Part shown: positions 29,248 to 38,263 of the stretch, piece by piece | Numbering within the stretch: the first letter of the stretch is position 1 | Layout: each line of letters begins with the position of its first letter | NCBI GenBank assembly: GCA_965247095.1 | Contig: OZ251997.1 | Span: forward strand, 1,248,001 to 1,312,000 | DNA from: Candidatus Multivorans sp. | Lineage (GTDB): Bacteria; Acidobacteriota; Thermoanaerobaculia; Multivoradales; Multivoraceae | Direction: 5' to 3' | DNA: 64,000 nt | Notes under the pieces: model-generated | Databases searched by the model: none | The model's input: only the letters and a program-made list of their open reading frames with translations | What the model was told of the DNA's origin: nothing | Translations under genes and position numbers: made by a program

Positions 29248-31563
29248 ATGAAGTTCACCAAGGACATCCCGATCGGGAACTCCACCATGACCCTGGAATC
29301 CGGGCGCCTGGCCAAGCAGGCCAACGGTTCCTGCACCGTCCAGCTCGGCGAGACCATCGTGCTCACCACCGCCTGCATGGCGCCGGACAGCACCCCGCGC
29401 GGCTTTCTGCCCCTCACCGTCGACTACCGCGAGTACACATCGGCGGCGGGTCGCATCCCGGGCGGCTTCTTCAAGCGCGAGGGACGCCCCTCCGAGAAGG
29501 AGATCATCACCTGCCGCCTGACCGACCGGCCGCTGCGGCCGCTCTTCCCGTCGGGATACTTCTACGAGACCCAAGTCATCAGTTTCGTCCTCTCGGCCGA
29601 CCAGGAGAACGACCCCGACATCCTCGCGATCAACGGTGCGTCGACGGCGCTCGTGCTCTCCGACATCCCCTTCTACCACCCGGTAGGCGCCGTCCGCGTC
29701 GGAATGATCGACGACGAGATCGTCTTCAACCCGACCGGCGCCGAGCGTGACGTGTCCGACCTTGACCTGATCGTCGTCGGCACGGAGGAAGCGGTGACCA
29801 TGGTCGAGGCCGGCGCCAACCAGCTCGATGAGAGCGTGATCCTCGATTGCATCTTCGCGGGCCACCAGGAGCTGCAGAAGATCGTTCGCGCGCAGCAGGA
29901 CCTGTTCCGCGAGATGAACCTGGAGAAGCCCGACTGGAAGGCCCCCGAGGCCTACACGGCCGAGTTCCAGCAGCAGGTCGAGAGCGCGATCTGGGACGAC
30001 TTCACCGCGGCGCTCAACACGCCCGAGAAGTTCGAGCGCCGCGACGCCGTCAAGGCCGTGGTCAACGGCTTCCTCGAGCAGCTTCCCGAGGACGACGAGC
30101 GCCGCGCCCAGGTCGGCAAGATCGTCAGCGAACTCGAGGACAAAGCGCTGCGTGAGATCGTGATGAAGGAGAGCAAGCGCTTCGACAACCGGGCACTCGA
30201 CGAGATCCGGTCGCTCGACTGCGACACGGGTCTCCTGCCCCGCGTACACGGTTCGGCGCTCTTCACCCGCGGCGAAACCCAGGCTCTCGCCTCGGTCACG
30301 CTCGGCACCCGCCGCGATGCGCAGCTCATCGAGGAGTACGAGGGGGAGACCCACCAGAAATTCCTCCTCCACTACAACTTCCCACCCTTCTCGGTGGGCG
30401 AGGTGCGGTTCCTGCGCGGTTCCAGCCGGCGTGAGATCGGCCATGGCGTTCTGGCCCGCCGCGCCCTGATTCCCGTGCTCCCGACCGAGGACGACTTCCC
30501 CTACACGGTCCGGGTGGTCTCGGAGATCCTGGAATCGAACGGTTCCTCGTCGATGGCCACCGTCTGCGCCAGCTCCCTGGCGTTGTTCGACGCCGGCGTG
30601 CCCATGCTGGCCCCGGTCGCGGGCGTCGCCATGGGTCTGGTCAAGGCCGGCGAGGACTTCGCCGTGCTCAGCGACATCGCGGGCCAGGAGGACCACCACG
30701 GCGACATGGACTTCAAGGTCGCCGGCACGCGCGGCGGCATCACCGCCCTGCAGATGGACATCAAGATCGCCGGCGTGACCCGCGACATCATGGGCCAGGC
30801 GCTGACCCAGGCGAAGGCCGGGCGGCTGCACATCCTCGACCACATGGCCGCCGAGATCGGCGAACCGCGAGAGGAGATGTCGGAGCACGCACCGCGCCTG
30901 CACGTGATGATGGTCGCCCGCGACCGGATTCGCGACGTGATCGGACCGGGCGGCAAGACGATCCGCGGCATCACCGAGGAGACCGGCTGCCAGATCGACA
31001 TCGAGGACGACGGTCGCGTCGTCGTCGCCTCGCCGAACTCCACCGCGGCTGGACACGCGATCGCGATGATCGAGCGGCTCACCGAGGTGCCCGAGGTCGA
31101 CAAGGTCTACACCGGCCAGGTGCGCAGGGTGGAACCGTTCGGCGCGTTCGTCGAGATCCTCCCCGGCACCGACGGCCTGGTCCACATCAGCGAACTCGCT
31201 CCCTATCGGGTCGGCGAGATTCGCGACCTGGTGACGGAAGGCGACGAGATGACGGTCAAGGTGATCGACATCGATCCGTCAGGCAAGGTGCGGCTCTCCC
31301 GCAAGGCGGTCATCATGGACGATCCCGACTTCGACCCCAAGGACTACGAGGGCATGGGCGTCCCGGCGCCCGCCGGCGGCGACCGCAGGGGCGGTCCCGG
31401 TGGGCGCGACGACCGCAGGGGCGGTTTCGGCGGACGCGGCGGACGCGGCGGCGGACGCGGCGGCCCCGGCGGTGGTCGCGGCGGCCCCGGCGGTGGACGC
31501 GGTCCTGGTGGACGCGGCCCTGGCGGGCGCGGTCCGCGACCCGGCGGCGGCGGACGGCGCTAG
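29248..31563 (+). CDS. pnp: Polyribonucleotide nucleotidyltransferase (PNPase) with RGG-rich tail
   Basis: LAKQANG, LPLTVDYRE, RREIGHG, ESNGSSSMA, GDMDFKVAG, KH and S1 domains. Confidence 0.97.
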   Translation: MKFTKDIPIGNSTMTLESGRLAKQANGSCTVQLGETIVLTTACMAPDSTPRGFLPLTVDYREYTSAAGRIPGGFFKREGRPSEKEIITCRLTDRPLRPLFPSGYFYETQVISFVLSADQENDPDILAINGASTALVLSDIPFYHPVGAVRVGMIDDEIVFNPTGAERDVSDLDLIVVGTEEAVTMVEAGANQLDESVILDCIFAGHQELQKIVRAQQDLFREMNLEKPDWKAPEAYTAEFQQQVESAIWDDFTAALNTPEKFERRDAVKAVVNGFLEQLPEDDERRAQVGKIVSELEDKALREIVMKESKRFDNRALDEIRSLDCDTGLLPRVHGSALFTRGETQALASVTLGTRRDAQLIEEYEGETHQKFLLHYNFPPFSVGEVRFLRGSSRREIGHGVLARRALIPVLPTEDDFPYTVRVVSEILESNGSSSMATVCASSLALFDAGVPMLAPVAGVAMGLVKAGEDFAVLSDIAGQEDHHGDMDFKVAGTRGGITALQMDIKIAGVTRDIMGQALTQAKAGRLHILDHMAAEIGEPREEMSEHAPRLHVMMVARDRIRDVIGPGGKTIRGITEETGCQIDIEDDGRVVVASPNSTAAGHAIAMIERLTEVPEVDKVYTGQVRRVEPFGAFVEILPGTDGLVHISELAPYRVGEIRDLVTEGDEMTVKVIDIDPSGKVRLSRKAVIMDDPDFDPKDYEGMGVPAPAGGDRRGGPGGRDDRRGGFGGRGGRGGGRGGPGGGRGGPGGGRGPGGRGPGGRGPRPGGGGRR

Positions 31564-31567
31564 CCGT

Positions 31568-31594
31568 CGGCCGGCCGACACCGGCCGGCCGTTT
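31568..31594. terminator. Hairpin between convergent pnp and larC
   Basis: CGGCCGGCCG-acac-CGGCCGGCCG-ttt: 10-bp stem with a short T tail. Confidence 0.45.
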
Positions 31595-32808
31595 CAGTCG
31601 GCCGCGCTGAGGGCAGCGCGATAGATCGCCCGGAAGGGGACTCCCCTCTCTCGGGCGATCCGTCGCACATCCTCGTACTCCGGCGCCGCTCCCAGGGACC
31701 GGCCGCCGATCAAGGCCGTCTTGACCCTGACCTCGCCGAAGGCCGTCGTCACCGACACGGTCGACCGCTCGGCCTCCAGCCGATCCACGACCGTCCGCCG
31801 GCAGCCCAGAGAACCCGTCTCGAGGAGTAGCCGCTCGGCGAGTTCGGATGCCTGCTCGGGGCGGCAGATGACGGTGACGGCGACGCCCGGGCGCGACTTC
31901 TTCATCTGCACCGGGGTGGCGAAGACATCGAGCGCGCCGGCCTCGAGCAGCGCCTCCCCGGCGTAGCCGATCGCCTCGCCGGTCGCGTCGTCGACCTGAC
32001 ATTCGAGCACCGCGACACGGTTCCACGGCGAGCCGGCCAGAACGGGGGTCGCCAGTTGGACCCGCAGGGCGTTCGGCCGATCGGCTAGTTCCCTGCTGCC
32101 CAACCCGACGCCGCTGTCCTCGATCCGGCGCGGGCTGCCGGCCGCCGAGGGCTCGAACGAGTCCACGAACTCGCGCACGATCACGGCGCCGGTCGGCGTC
32201 GTCAGCTCGCCCTCCACACCGCCTGTGCTGATCGGCACGCCCTGAAGCAGCAGGGCCGTCGCCGGCGCCGGCACCGGCATCACGCCGTGCCGGGTCCGGA
32301 CCGTGCCGCTGCCCACCACCACGGTGGAACAAGACACGCCCGCCGGAACGAAATGCTCGATGGCGAGCGCGGCGCCGACCAGATCGACGATCGAATCGTC
32401 GGCGCCGACTTCGTGGAAGTGCACCTCGTCCAGGCCGACCCCGTGCACGCTCGCCTCCGCCTCTCCCAGACGGCGAAAGAGCGCCGCGGCACGTTCCTTT
32501 GTGCCAGCAGCGAGACCGCTCCGCTCGATCATGCGGAGGATCGTGGACAGGTTCCGATGCGAGGCGCCCTCGCCGCCTCCTCCCTCCACCGGCCGGCCAT
32601 CACGAAGCACGCTGAAGCGCACACCCGCCAGCGCCCCCCGCTTCGCCCGCCGCACCTGCAACTCGACGCCGTCCAGGCCCAGCCGCTCGACCATCTCCTC
32701 GAGCAGGCCAACCGGCAGCCCCAGGTCCAGGCAGGCGCCCAGGAACATGTCGCCCGAGATGCCGCTCGCACAGTCCATGTGGAGCAGTACGGGGCCTCCA
32801 GCAGCCAT
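31594..32808 (-). CDS. larC: Nickel-pincer cofactor nickel insertase LarC family
   Basis: DCASGISGDMFLGA, VHFHEVGADDS, HGVMPVPAPAT, ELTTPTGA, MKKSRPG, PEYED. Confidence 0.92.
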   Translation of the reverse strand: MAAGGPVLLHMDCASGISGDMFLGACLDLGLPVGLLEEMVERLGLDGVELQVRRAKRGALAGVRFSVLRDGRPVEGGGGEGASHRNLSTILRMIERSGLAAGTKERAAALFRRLGEAEASVHGVGLDEVHFHEVGADDSIVDLVGAALAIEHFVPAGVSCSTVVVGSGTVRTRHGVMPVPAPATALLLQGVPISTGGVEGELTTPTGAVIVREFVDSFEPSAAGSPRRIEDSGVGLGSRELADRPNALRVQLATPVLAGSPWNRVAVLECQVDDATGEAIGYAGEALLEAGALDVFATPVQMKKSRPGVAVTVICRPEQASELAERLLLETGSLGCRRTVVDRLEAERSTVSVTTAFGEVRVKTALIGGRSLGAAPEYEDVRRIARERGVPFRAIYRAALSAAD

Positions 32809-32845
32809 CGGGCCGAACCCTAGCACCCCGCGCAGCCGGTGCCCG

Positions 32846-33565
32846 CTACAGGAATCCCCTTTCCCGCATCGACACCCAGCGACCGCCACCGGCCAGGATG
32901 AGGTGGTCGACCAGTTCGACTCCGACCGCGGCGCCGGCCCGCGCCAGCCTGCGGGTGAAGGCCACGTCCTCCCGGCTCGGATCCGGGTCGCCACTGGGGT
33001 GGTTGTGGAAGATCACGGCGGCCGTCGCTCCCAGGCGCAGCGCCTCCTTCAGGACCACCCGCGGCTCGACCGAGGTCCGGTCCAGGGCGCCGACGAAGTG
33101 CTCCCGCTCGCTGATCACGCGACCGCGGACGTCGACGTAAATCGCGCCCATCACCTCCTGGTCGCGGCGCGCGTAGCGCAAGTTCAGGTAGCGGGCGACG
33201 CCGACCACGTCGCCCAGGGGCCTTCTCTCCGGGAGCTGCGCCCGGGCCAACCGCCGGGCCAGTTCGACGGCCGCCAGGACGGTAGCCGCCTTGGCGGCCC
33301 CCAGCCCCTTGCGGCGCAACGACGGCAGGTCGTGCTCAACCAGCAGGGCGAGCGCCGGCAGGCCGCCGAGCCCGCGCCCCTCGTCGTAGAGCAGATCGTA
33401 GGCGAGATCGAGCACCGAGCAGCCACGGTGCCCGGTGCGCAGCAGAATGGCGATCAACTCGCAGTCGGTCAGGACGCCGGCGCCGTGCGCCAGCAACCGC
33501 TCTCGCGGACGCTCGCCCGAAGGCATCTCCCTCAACGTGCTGCCGGTCCTGGTGTCCTTCGTCAT
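32846..33565 (-). CDS. radC: RadC-family JAB/MPN domain protein
   Basis: ERPRERL, ELIAILLRTG, HNHPSGDPDPSRED, LVDHLI. Confidence 0.92.
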   Translation of the reverse strand: MTKDTRTGSTLREMPSGERPRERLLAHGAGVLTDCELIAILLRTGHRGCSVLDLAYDLLYDEGRGLGGLPALALLVEHDLPSLRRKGLGAAKAATVLAAVELARRLARAQLPERRPLGDVVGVARYLNLRYARRDQEVMGAIYVDVRGRVISEREHFVGALDRTSVEPRVVLKEALRLGATAAVIFHNHPSGDPDPSREDVAFTRRLARAGAAVGVELVDHLILAGGGRWVSMRERGFL

Positions 33566-33628
33566 CGATTTCTGTTGACCAAGACGTTTTCTGCCCGGCA
33601 CTTCCCGCGACCCGGCCCTCGCCAAGCC

Positions 33629-33746
33629 CTGCTATGAGCGTGCGCCGCACAACATGGGGTAGTCCGATCTTCCTGCCGCGCACGCTGCTATGAGCGTGCG
33701 CCGCAGAACATGGGGTAGTCCGACCTTCCTGCCGCGCACGCTGCTA
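33629..33746. repeat. 56-bp tandem duplication with internal inverted repeat in the radC/speB divergent intergenic region
   Basis: Copies start at 33629 and 33685 (2 mismatches); a third partial copy starts at 33741. Confidence 0.9.
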
Positions 33747-33759
33747 GCGTGCCGCAGCC

Positions 33760-34686
33760 ATGCGCGGCGCCGAACTTCCACCGTTCCTCGAGTTCGAGGC
33801 GCCGGCCGGCGAGCCGGCCGTCGCGGTGCTGCCGGTTCCCTACGAACGCACGACCTCCTGGGGACGGGGCGCCGAGGATGGACCGGCCGCCCTGCTCCGC
33901 GCCTCCCACTACGTCGAGCTCTACGACGAGGAGCTCCGACTGGAACCGTTTCGCATCGGCATCGAGACCCTGCCGCCGGTCGACGTCGAGGCCGGCGAGG
34001 ACGCGGCGCTGGAGCGGATCAGCGCCTCTGCCAGAGCCGTGATCGAACGCGGCCGTTTCCTCGCCGCGATCGGCGGCGAACACACCGTCACGCCCGCCCT
34101 CGTGCGCGGCGTGGTGGAGGCGCTCGGCCCGGACCTGGGCCCCGACCTGGGAGTCGTGCAGTTCGACGCCCACACCGACCTGAGGCCGACCTACGCAGGC
34201 ACCCCCTGGAACCACGCCTGCGCGATGAGCCGGGTACTCGACCTCGGCGTGTCCACGCTGGCCATCGGCATCCGTTCCCTGAGCCGCCCCGAGGCCGTGC
34301 GGATCGAAACCGAGGGCCTCCCCATCATCTGGGCCAGCCAGATGCATGCCCTGGCCGCCGAGGAACTCCAGGCGCTGTTCCTGGGTCTGCTGGCCTCACT
34401 GCCGGACACCGTCTATCTGACCTTCGACCTCGACTTCTTCGACCCCTCGTTGCTGCCGGCGACCGGGACGCCCGAGCCCGGCGGCGGCAACTGGCGCCAG
34501 GCTCTGGCGCTGCTCCGGCTGCTGTTCGAGCACAAGCGCGTGATCGCGATGGACATCGTCGAACTGGCCCCTATCCCCGGCAACCCGGCCAGCGACTTCA
34601 CGGCCGCCAAACTGCTCTACAAGTGCATCGGTTACCGCTACCGGCAGGAGTTGACGGCGCTTTCGACCTTTCAACCCGCGCAGTAG
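33760..34686 (+). CDS. speB: Agmatinase (ureohydrolase family)
   Basis: PYERTTSW, GGEHT, FDAHTD, NHAC, TFDLDFFD...TGTPEPGG, DIVE. Confidence 0.88.
   Translation: MRGAELPPFLEFEAPAGEPAVAVLPVPYERTTSWGRGAEDGPAALLRASHYVELYDEELRLEPFRIGIETLPPVDVEAGEDAALERISASARAVIERGRFLAAIGGEHTVTPALVRGVVEALGPDLGPDLGVVQFDAHTDLRPTYAGTPWNHACAMSRVLDLGVSTLAIGIRSLSRPEAVRIETEGLPIIWASQMHALAAEELQALFLGLLASLPDTVYLTFDLDFFDPSLLPATGTPEPGGGNWRQALALLRLLFEHKRVIAMDIVELAPIPGNPASDFTAAKLLYKCIGYRYRQELTALSTFQPAQ
34402..34529 (+). repeat. 128-bp direct repeat, copy 1 (inside speB)
   Basis: Matches 35978-36105 with 5 substitutions, all synonymous. Confidence 0.9.
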
Positions 34687-34765
34687 AGCGACCCTGCCAA
34701 TTGTTGACAAGCAGGAATCACGCGGCGCCGTCGTGGCTGTAGAAGGTCCAGGCGACCCCCAACGC

Positions 34766-35109
34766 CTACCGCCCGAGGACGATGTCGATACCGGCGAGGA
34801 AAAGGTCGATCTTCGCACGCGAAACCCGACCTACGGGCTGCTCGAGCAACGCTCGGTCCAGAGCATTGACTTGCGACACGTTAGCGACCGAGTCCTTCGG
34901 GAGATGCGTCATCCGCGCGGTGAGCAGTACGTGCCAGGTGCGTCGGCCCAGCGCAGATTGCTGGTCAGGGGCACGCAGACGACGGTAGCCAACCGGCTCC
35001 GGTTCAGGGCGTCACCCTGGACGACGATAACCGGTCGGCGAAACCCCGGCCCGGATCCCGTGGGCTCAGGCAGCTCAACCCAGCAGACGTCACCTTGGGC
35101 GATCACCAT
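34766..35109 (-). pseudogene. mazF: MazF/PemK toxin, frameshifted
   Basis: QGDVCWVEL...GFRRPVIVVQ...CVPLTSN; GGC AC GTA lacks one A at about 34932, and the shifted frame continues VLLTARMTHLPKDSVANVSQ...IDIVLGR*. Confidence 0.85.
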
Positions 35110-35336
35110 TCGGCACGATGCAGGGTGTGTCTTGCGGCGGCAGTGAGGAAGCCATCATCATCGCCTACATCGTCGCAAACGCGGTTCATCGTGTCCGTGA
35201 CTTCGTCGGGAGCATGGCGTGCGACGTATTCGTCGAGGGCGGCGGCATACACTTCGCTCCGCGACCGCCGGGCGCGTCTGGCTAGGCGCTCAGCCCGCGC
35301 GAAAAGCTCATCAGGGATCGAGATCGCAGTCTTCAT
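35103..35336 (-). CDS. Ribbon-helix-helix antitoxin (MazE-like partner)
   Basis: MKTAISIPDELFARAERLA...SRSEVYAAAL...EW; overlaps the toxin start; TATACT 6 nt upstream of ATG. Confidence 0.85.
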   Translation of the reverse strand: MKTAISIPDELFARAERLARRARRSRSEVYAAALDEYVARHAPDEVTDTMNRVCDDVGDDDGFLTAAARHTLHRAEW

Positions 35337-35365
35337 ACCGATAGTATAACCACGAGGCTGCCTAG

Positions 35366-35525
35366 CAGCCCGTGGTGGAAGTCCGTGTCGCACCGAGACC
35401 GGCGAGGCGCGCGTTCCAACAAGGCGCGACGAAGGAGCATATCGGGGCCATATTCGACTGAGGAGCAACGATGTTGGACGTGATGCATCGCCGGTCGAAT
35501 GCAGCGCGACTTTTTCAGCAAGCCC
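35366..35525. mobile_element. 160-bp MITE-like derivative of the IS1182/IS5-like element, flanked by CTAG
   Basis: Begins CAGCCCGTGGTGGAAGTC, identical to the IS left end at 38264; ends GACTTTTTCAGCAAGCCC; CTAG at 35362 and 35526. Confidence 0.7.
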
Positions 35526-35734
35526 CTAGGAGCACTCGCAACGATTTCGCTGCGCTGCCGCGCATGGAACACTGTAGGAGCGTGGTCGCTACTTAGGTCC
35601 GCCCTGGGAACCCGTGTGGCGCGACCCGCGCCACACGCGAACCACTCCGTGCGCCCGTCATCGGGCGCACGGATGGCACGCGGGCGTCTCGCCCGCATCC
35701 GGCACGAAGCGCCGGCCAGGACGAGGAGTTTGTT

Positions 35735-35870
35735 CCATGCAAGGCCGTCGCGGAGTTCGTGCAGGATGTTGTTCAGATACCGGCCCCGCCCGTCCATCGA
35801 GATCTTCACCTCTGCGTCCTTTTGAACGCCGCCGTGAACTTCCGGCGCTTCCTCATCCTGTACTCCTCCT
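35735..35870 (-). pseudogene. Internally deleted IS3-family transposase relic
   Basis: GGAGGAG then ATG 35856 MRKRRKFTAAFK (orfA start), joined to DAEVKISMDGRGRYLNNI and LHELRDGL (orfB integrase pieces). Confidence 0.65.
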
Positions 35871-35977
35871 CTCGGCTAAGCCCCGACTTGCAGGAAATCC
35901 AGGCACGAGTCGCGTTGGCGACGGCGAGGAAGTGGCCAGCGACGGCGGTTGAGTGACCGAGGTGCAGGGTGGTCCTT

Positions 35978-36105
35978 CCGGACACCGTCTATCTGACCTT
36001 CGACCTCGACTTCTTCGACCCGTCGCTGCTGCCCGCGACCGGGACGCCCGAACCCGGCGGCGGCAACTGGCGCCAGGCTCTGGCGCTGCTCCGCCTGCTG
36101 TTCGA
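35978..36105 (+). repeat. 128-bp direct repeat, copy 2 (orphan speB fragment)
   Basis: Encodes PDTVYLTFDLDFFDPSLLPATGTPEPGGGNWRQALALLRLLF. Confidence 0.9.
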
Positions 36106-36317
36106 ACGCCGGCCCCCTGACCGCCCAGGCGGCGGCCGTCCAGGTGGAGTTCGACTACCTGCGGCTCGGGATGGGCTATCTCGAACTGCCGCTATGGGAC
36201 GGTTCGGTGATCGAGGCCGAGAACGCCGTGTTCGAGGACCGCGGCGGCGGCAACTTCCTGTGGACCGGCGAGGTGCCGGGCGCCGGCTACGAGAGCGTCC
36301 TGTTCACGGTGCAGGAC

Positions 36318-37593
36318 CATTGCTGTCCCACAAACTTCAGAGTAGAGCGAGTTGAGTTCGCGTGTTGTTCGGGTCGGGTGGTCCGCTCGGAGGTTCGAAG
36401 AGGTCCAGCAGCGATCTTCGGTCGAACAGGTTGAGTTGCAGAAGGCGCAGGATCCGGCTCATGCTCCAGGACATCTTGTTGACGAACTTCAGGTAGGCGA
36501 GCAGGAGATGGACGCACACGGCGATCCAGATCTGCGTCATGACCGCGTTGGGCGAGGCGCCGACGAAACTCTTGATGCGCAGGTTCTGTTTGATCCACTT
36601 GAAGAAGAGCTCGACCTGCCAGCGCGCCTTGTAGATGTCCGCGATGGTCTTCGGGGCGAGGCTGAAGTTGTTGGTCAGGAACTTGTAGTGCCGGCCCGTC
36701 TCCGGGTCGCGATAGCCGACCCGACGCAACGGAATCGGGCACCGCTTGCGCCCCTTGACGCTGGTCAGCTCGATGGTCTGGTCCGACGTCACGCCCCGGC
36801 CGCGAGCGAACGAGCGCCGCTCCCGAACCGCGTACTTGACCTTGCGCTTCAGGCGGGTGACCAGGAAAACCCCTTGTGCATCAAGGTCCTTTAGCCATCC
36901 GAAGTCGAGGTACAGACGGTCCGCCGCCACGATGCTCCCCTTCGGAAGACGAAGCGACCGGGCCACCTCGAGGTCCGAGCCCTTGCCGTCGGTGACGTGC
37001 AGGAACGACGGCAGACAGCCCTCGTGGTCGAGACCCACGTGCAGCTTCAACGCCCCCTTGGTCTTGCGGTACCGCGCCCAGGGAAACACCTTCAGGCACA
37101 GGTCCACGTATGTGGCGTCGAGCGACAACAGCTTGTTCCGGAAACGGAACCCATGCCCCGGCGCCGCCGCCTGACAACGGCTCAGAAGGCGACCGAACAG
37201 CGCCTCGTACAGTTCGTGAGGCTGCTCTCTGTTCACCCGCGCCAGCGAAGATCGGGCTACCCGGCCAACGCCGAGATGGTACAGCTTGTGAGCCTGCGCA
37301 TCCAGGTTCGACACGATGTCTCGCAGACTGCGCCGCCCGGAAAGCTGCGCCATCGCCATCGCTACGAACTGGCCCCAGCGGCTCATCGAGCGCAGCTTGC
37401 GTCCCCTGTGATGCCGCCGGGCCTCCCGCTCGAACTCATGTCTCGACACCAGCTTGAGGAACTGGCCAAGTACGGTACTATTGTGCGCCATGGGTCTGGA
37501 TCTCCTTGCCGTCATTGGCTTTGCTTGAACACCAATCATACGACAAGGCACGGTTCAGACCCATCCTTCCTCCCCGTTTGTGGGACAGCACTG
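36318..37593 (-). mobile_element. IS4-family insertion sequence (1276 bp)
   Basis: 18-bp terminal IRs CA(T/G)TGCTGTCCCACAAAC (17/18 match); 9-bp TSD GTGCAGGAC at 36309 and 37594. Confidence 0.93.
36337..37491 (-). CDS. IS4-family DDE transposase (DUF4372 N-terminus)
   Basis: LSLDAT, AADRLY, YKARWQVELFFKWIKQNL (YREK signature). Confidence 0.92.
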   Translation of the reverse strand: MAHNSTVLGQFLKLVSRHEFEREARRHHRGRKLRSMSRWGQFVAMAMAQLSGRRSLRDIVSNLDAQAHKLYHLGVGRVARSSLARVNREQPHELYEALFGRLLSRCQAAAPGHGFRFRNKLLSLDATYVDLCLKVFPWARYRKTKGALKLHVGLDHEGCLPSFLHVTDGKGSDLEVARSLRLPKGSIVAADRLYLDFGWLKDLDAQGVFLVTRLKRKVKYAVRERRSFARGRGVTSDQTIELTSVKGRKRCPIPLRRVGYRDPETGRHYKFLTNNFSLAPKTIADIYKARWQVELFFKWIKQNLRIKSFVGASPNAVMTQIWIAVCVHLLLAYLKFVNKMSWSMSRILRLLQLNLFDRRSLLDLFEPPSGPPDPNNTRTQLALL

Positions 37594-38263
37594 GTGCAGG
37601 ACGGACACCTGGTGGGGTGGTTCGGGGAGCCGGGAGGGCCGCAGTACACCGTCCGCGCGGGGCCAGACGGGCGGGGCACGCTGGCGGTCGAGGTGGGGCC
37701 GACAGGCGACTGGTGTGGCCATGGCAAGGTCCAGCAAGAGGCGCTCCACCCGGACCACAACAGGCGAGAGATGACCGGTGCCGGGATACCGAAGTCGGTC
37801 GGCGCAACATCGACCGACATATTGGACATTCTGGTGGTTTTCGATGAGGGTGCTGCGGCGTATTGGAAGAGGGCTGGTGGAATTCACTTAGCGATCCAGT
37901 CCGTCGGCGACTACTTCAACATGGTGTTGCGCAACAGCGGGCTATCGACCTCTGCAAGAGCGATAGCCGTCGGTTGGACCCCCTGGACAGGCAGCGCTCC
38001 ACTTGAGCGCCATAGGTATCCAGGTTGGCAGTACACCATTGGCGAGAAGAACCTGATGGCCACAAGAACTCTGGACCGCATTCGCTTGGGAAAGCGTGCC
38101 GATCTGGTGGTCGTAGTCGAGTTCCCCCGGACAAATCTCTGGAGACTCGGAATGGCAAACCCAATAGGATTCATTCTGAAGCCAGAAGTCGGTCAGTATG
38201 GATTCGGCAGCGATGTGTCCGCACCGGCTCTCTCGCACGGCTACGTCTTTGCACACGACCTAG

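Noticed and set aside
23829-31185. Long antisense ORFs opposite infB and pnp (likewise 59676..62129 opposite rpsA, 5042..7012 opposite nqr)
   Set aside because: Shadow ORFs expected from high-GC codon bias; no recognisable motifs.
32846-33565. radC JAB domain as part of a CBASS-type defence system
   Set aside because: It is a full-length chromosomal RadC with no cyclase, E1/E2 or effector genes nearby.
33629-33746. CRISPR array or guanidine-II riboswitch upstream of agmatinase
   Set aside because: The units are contiguous with no unique spacers and no cas genes are present. There are no ACGR tetraloop hairpins, and the putative speB promoter lies downstream of the repeat.
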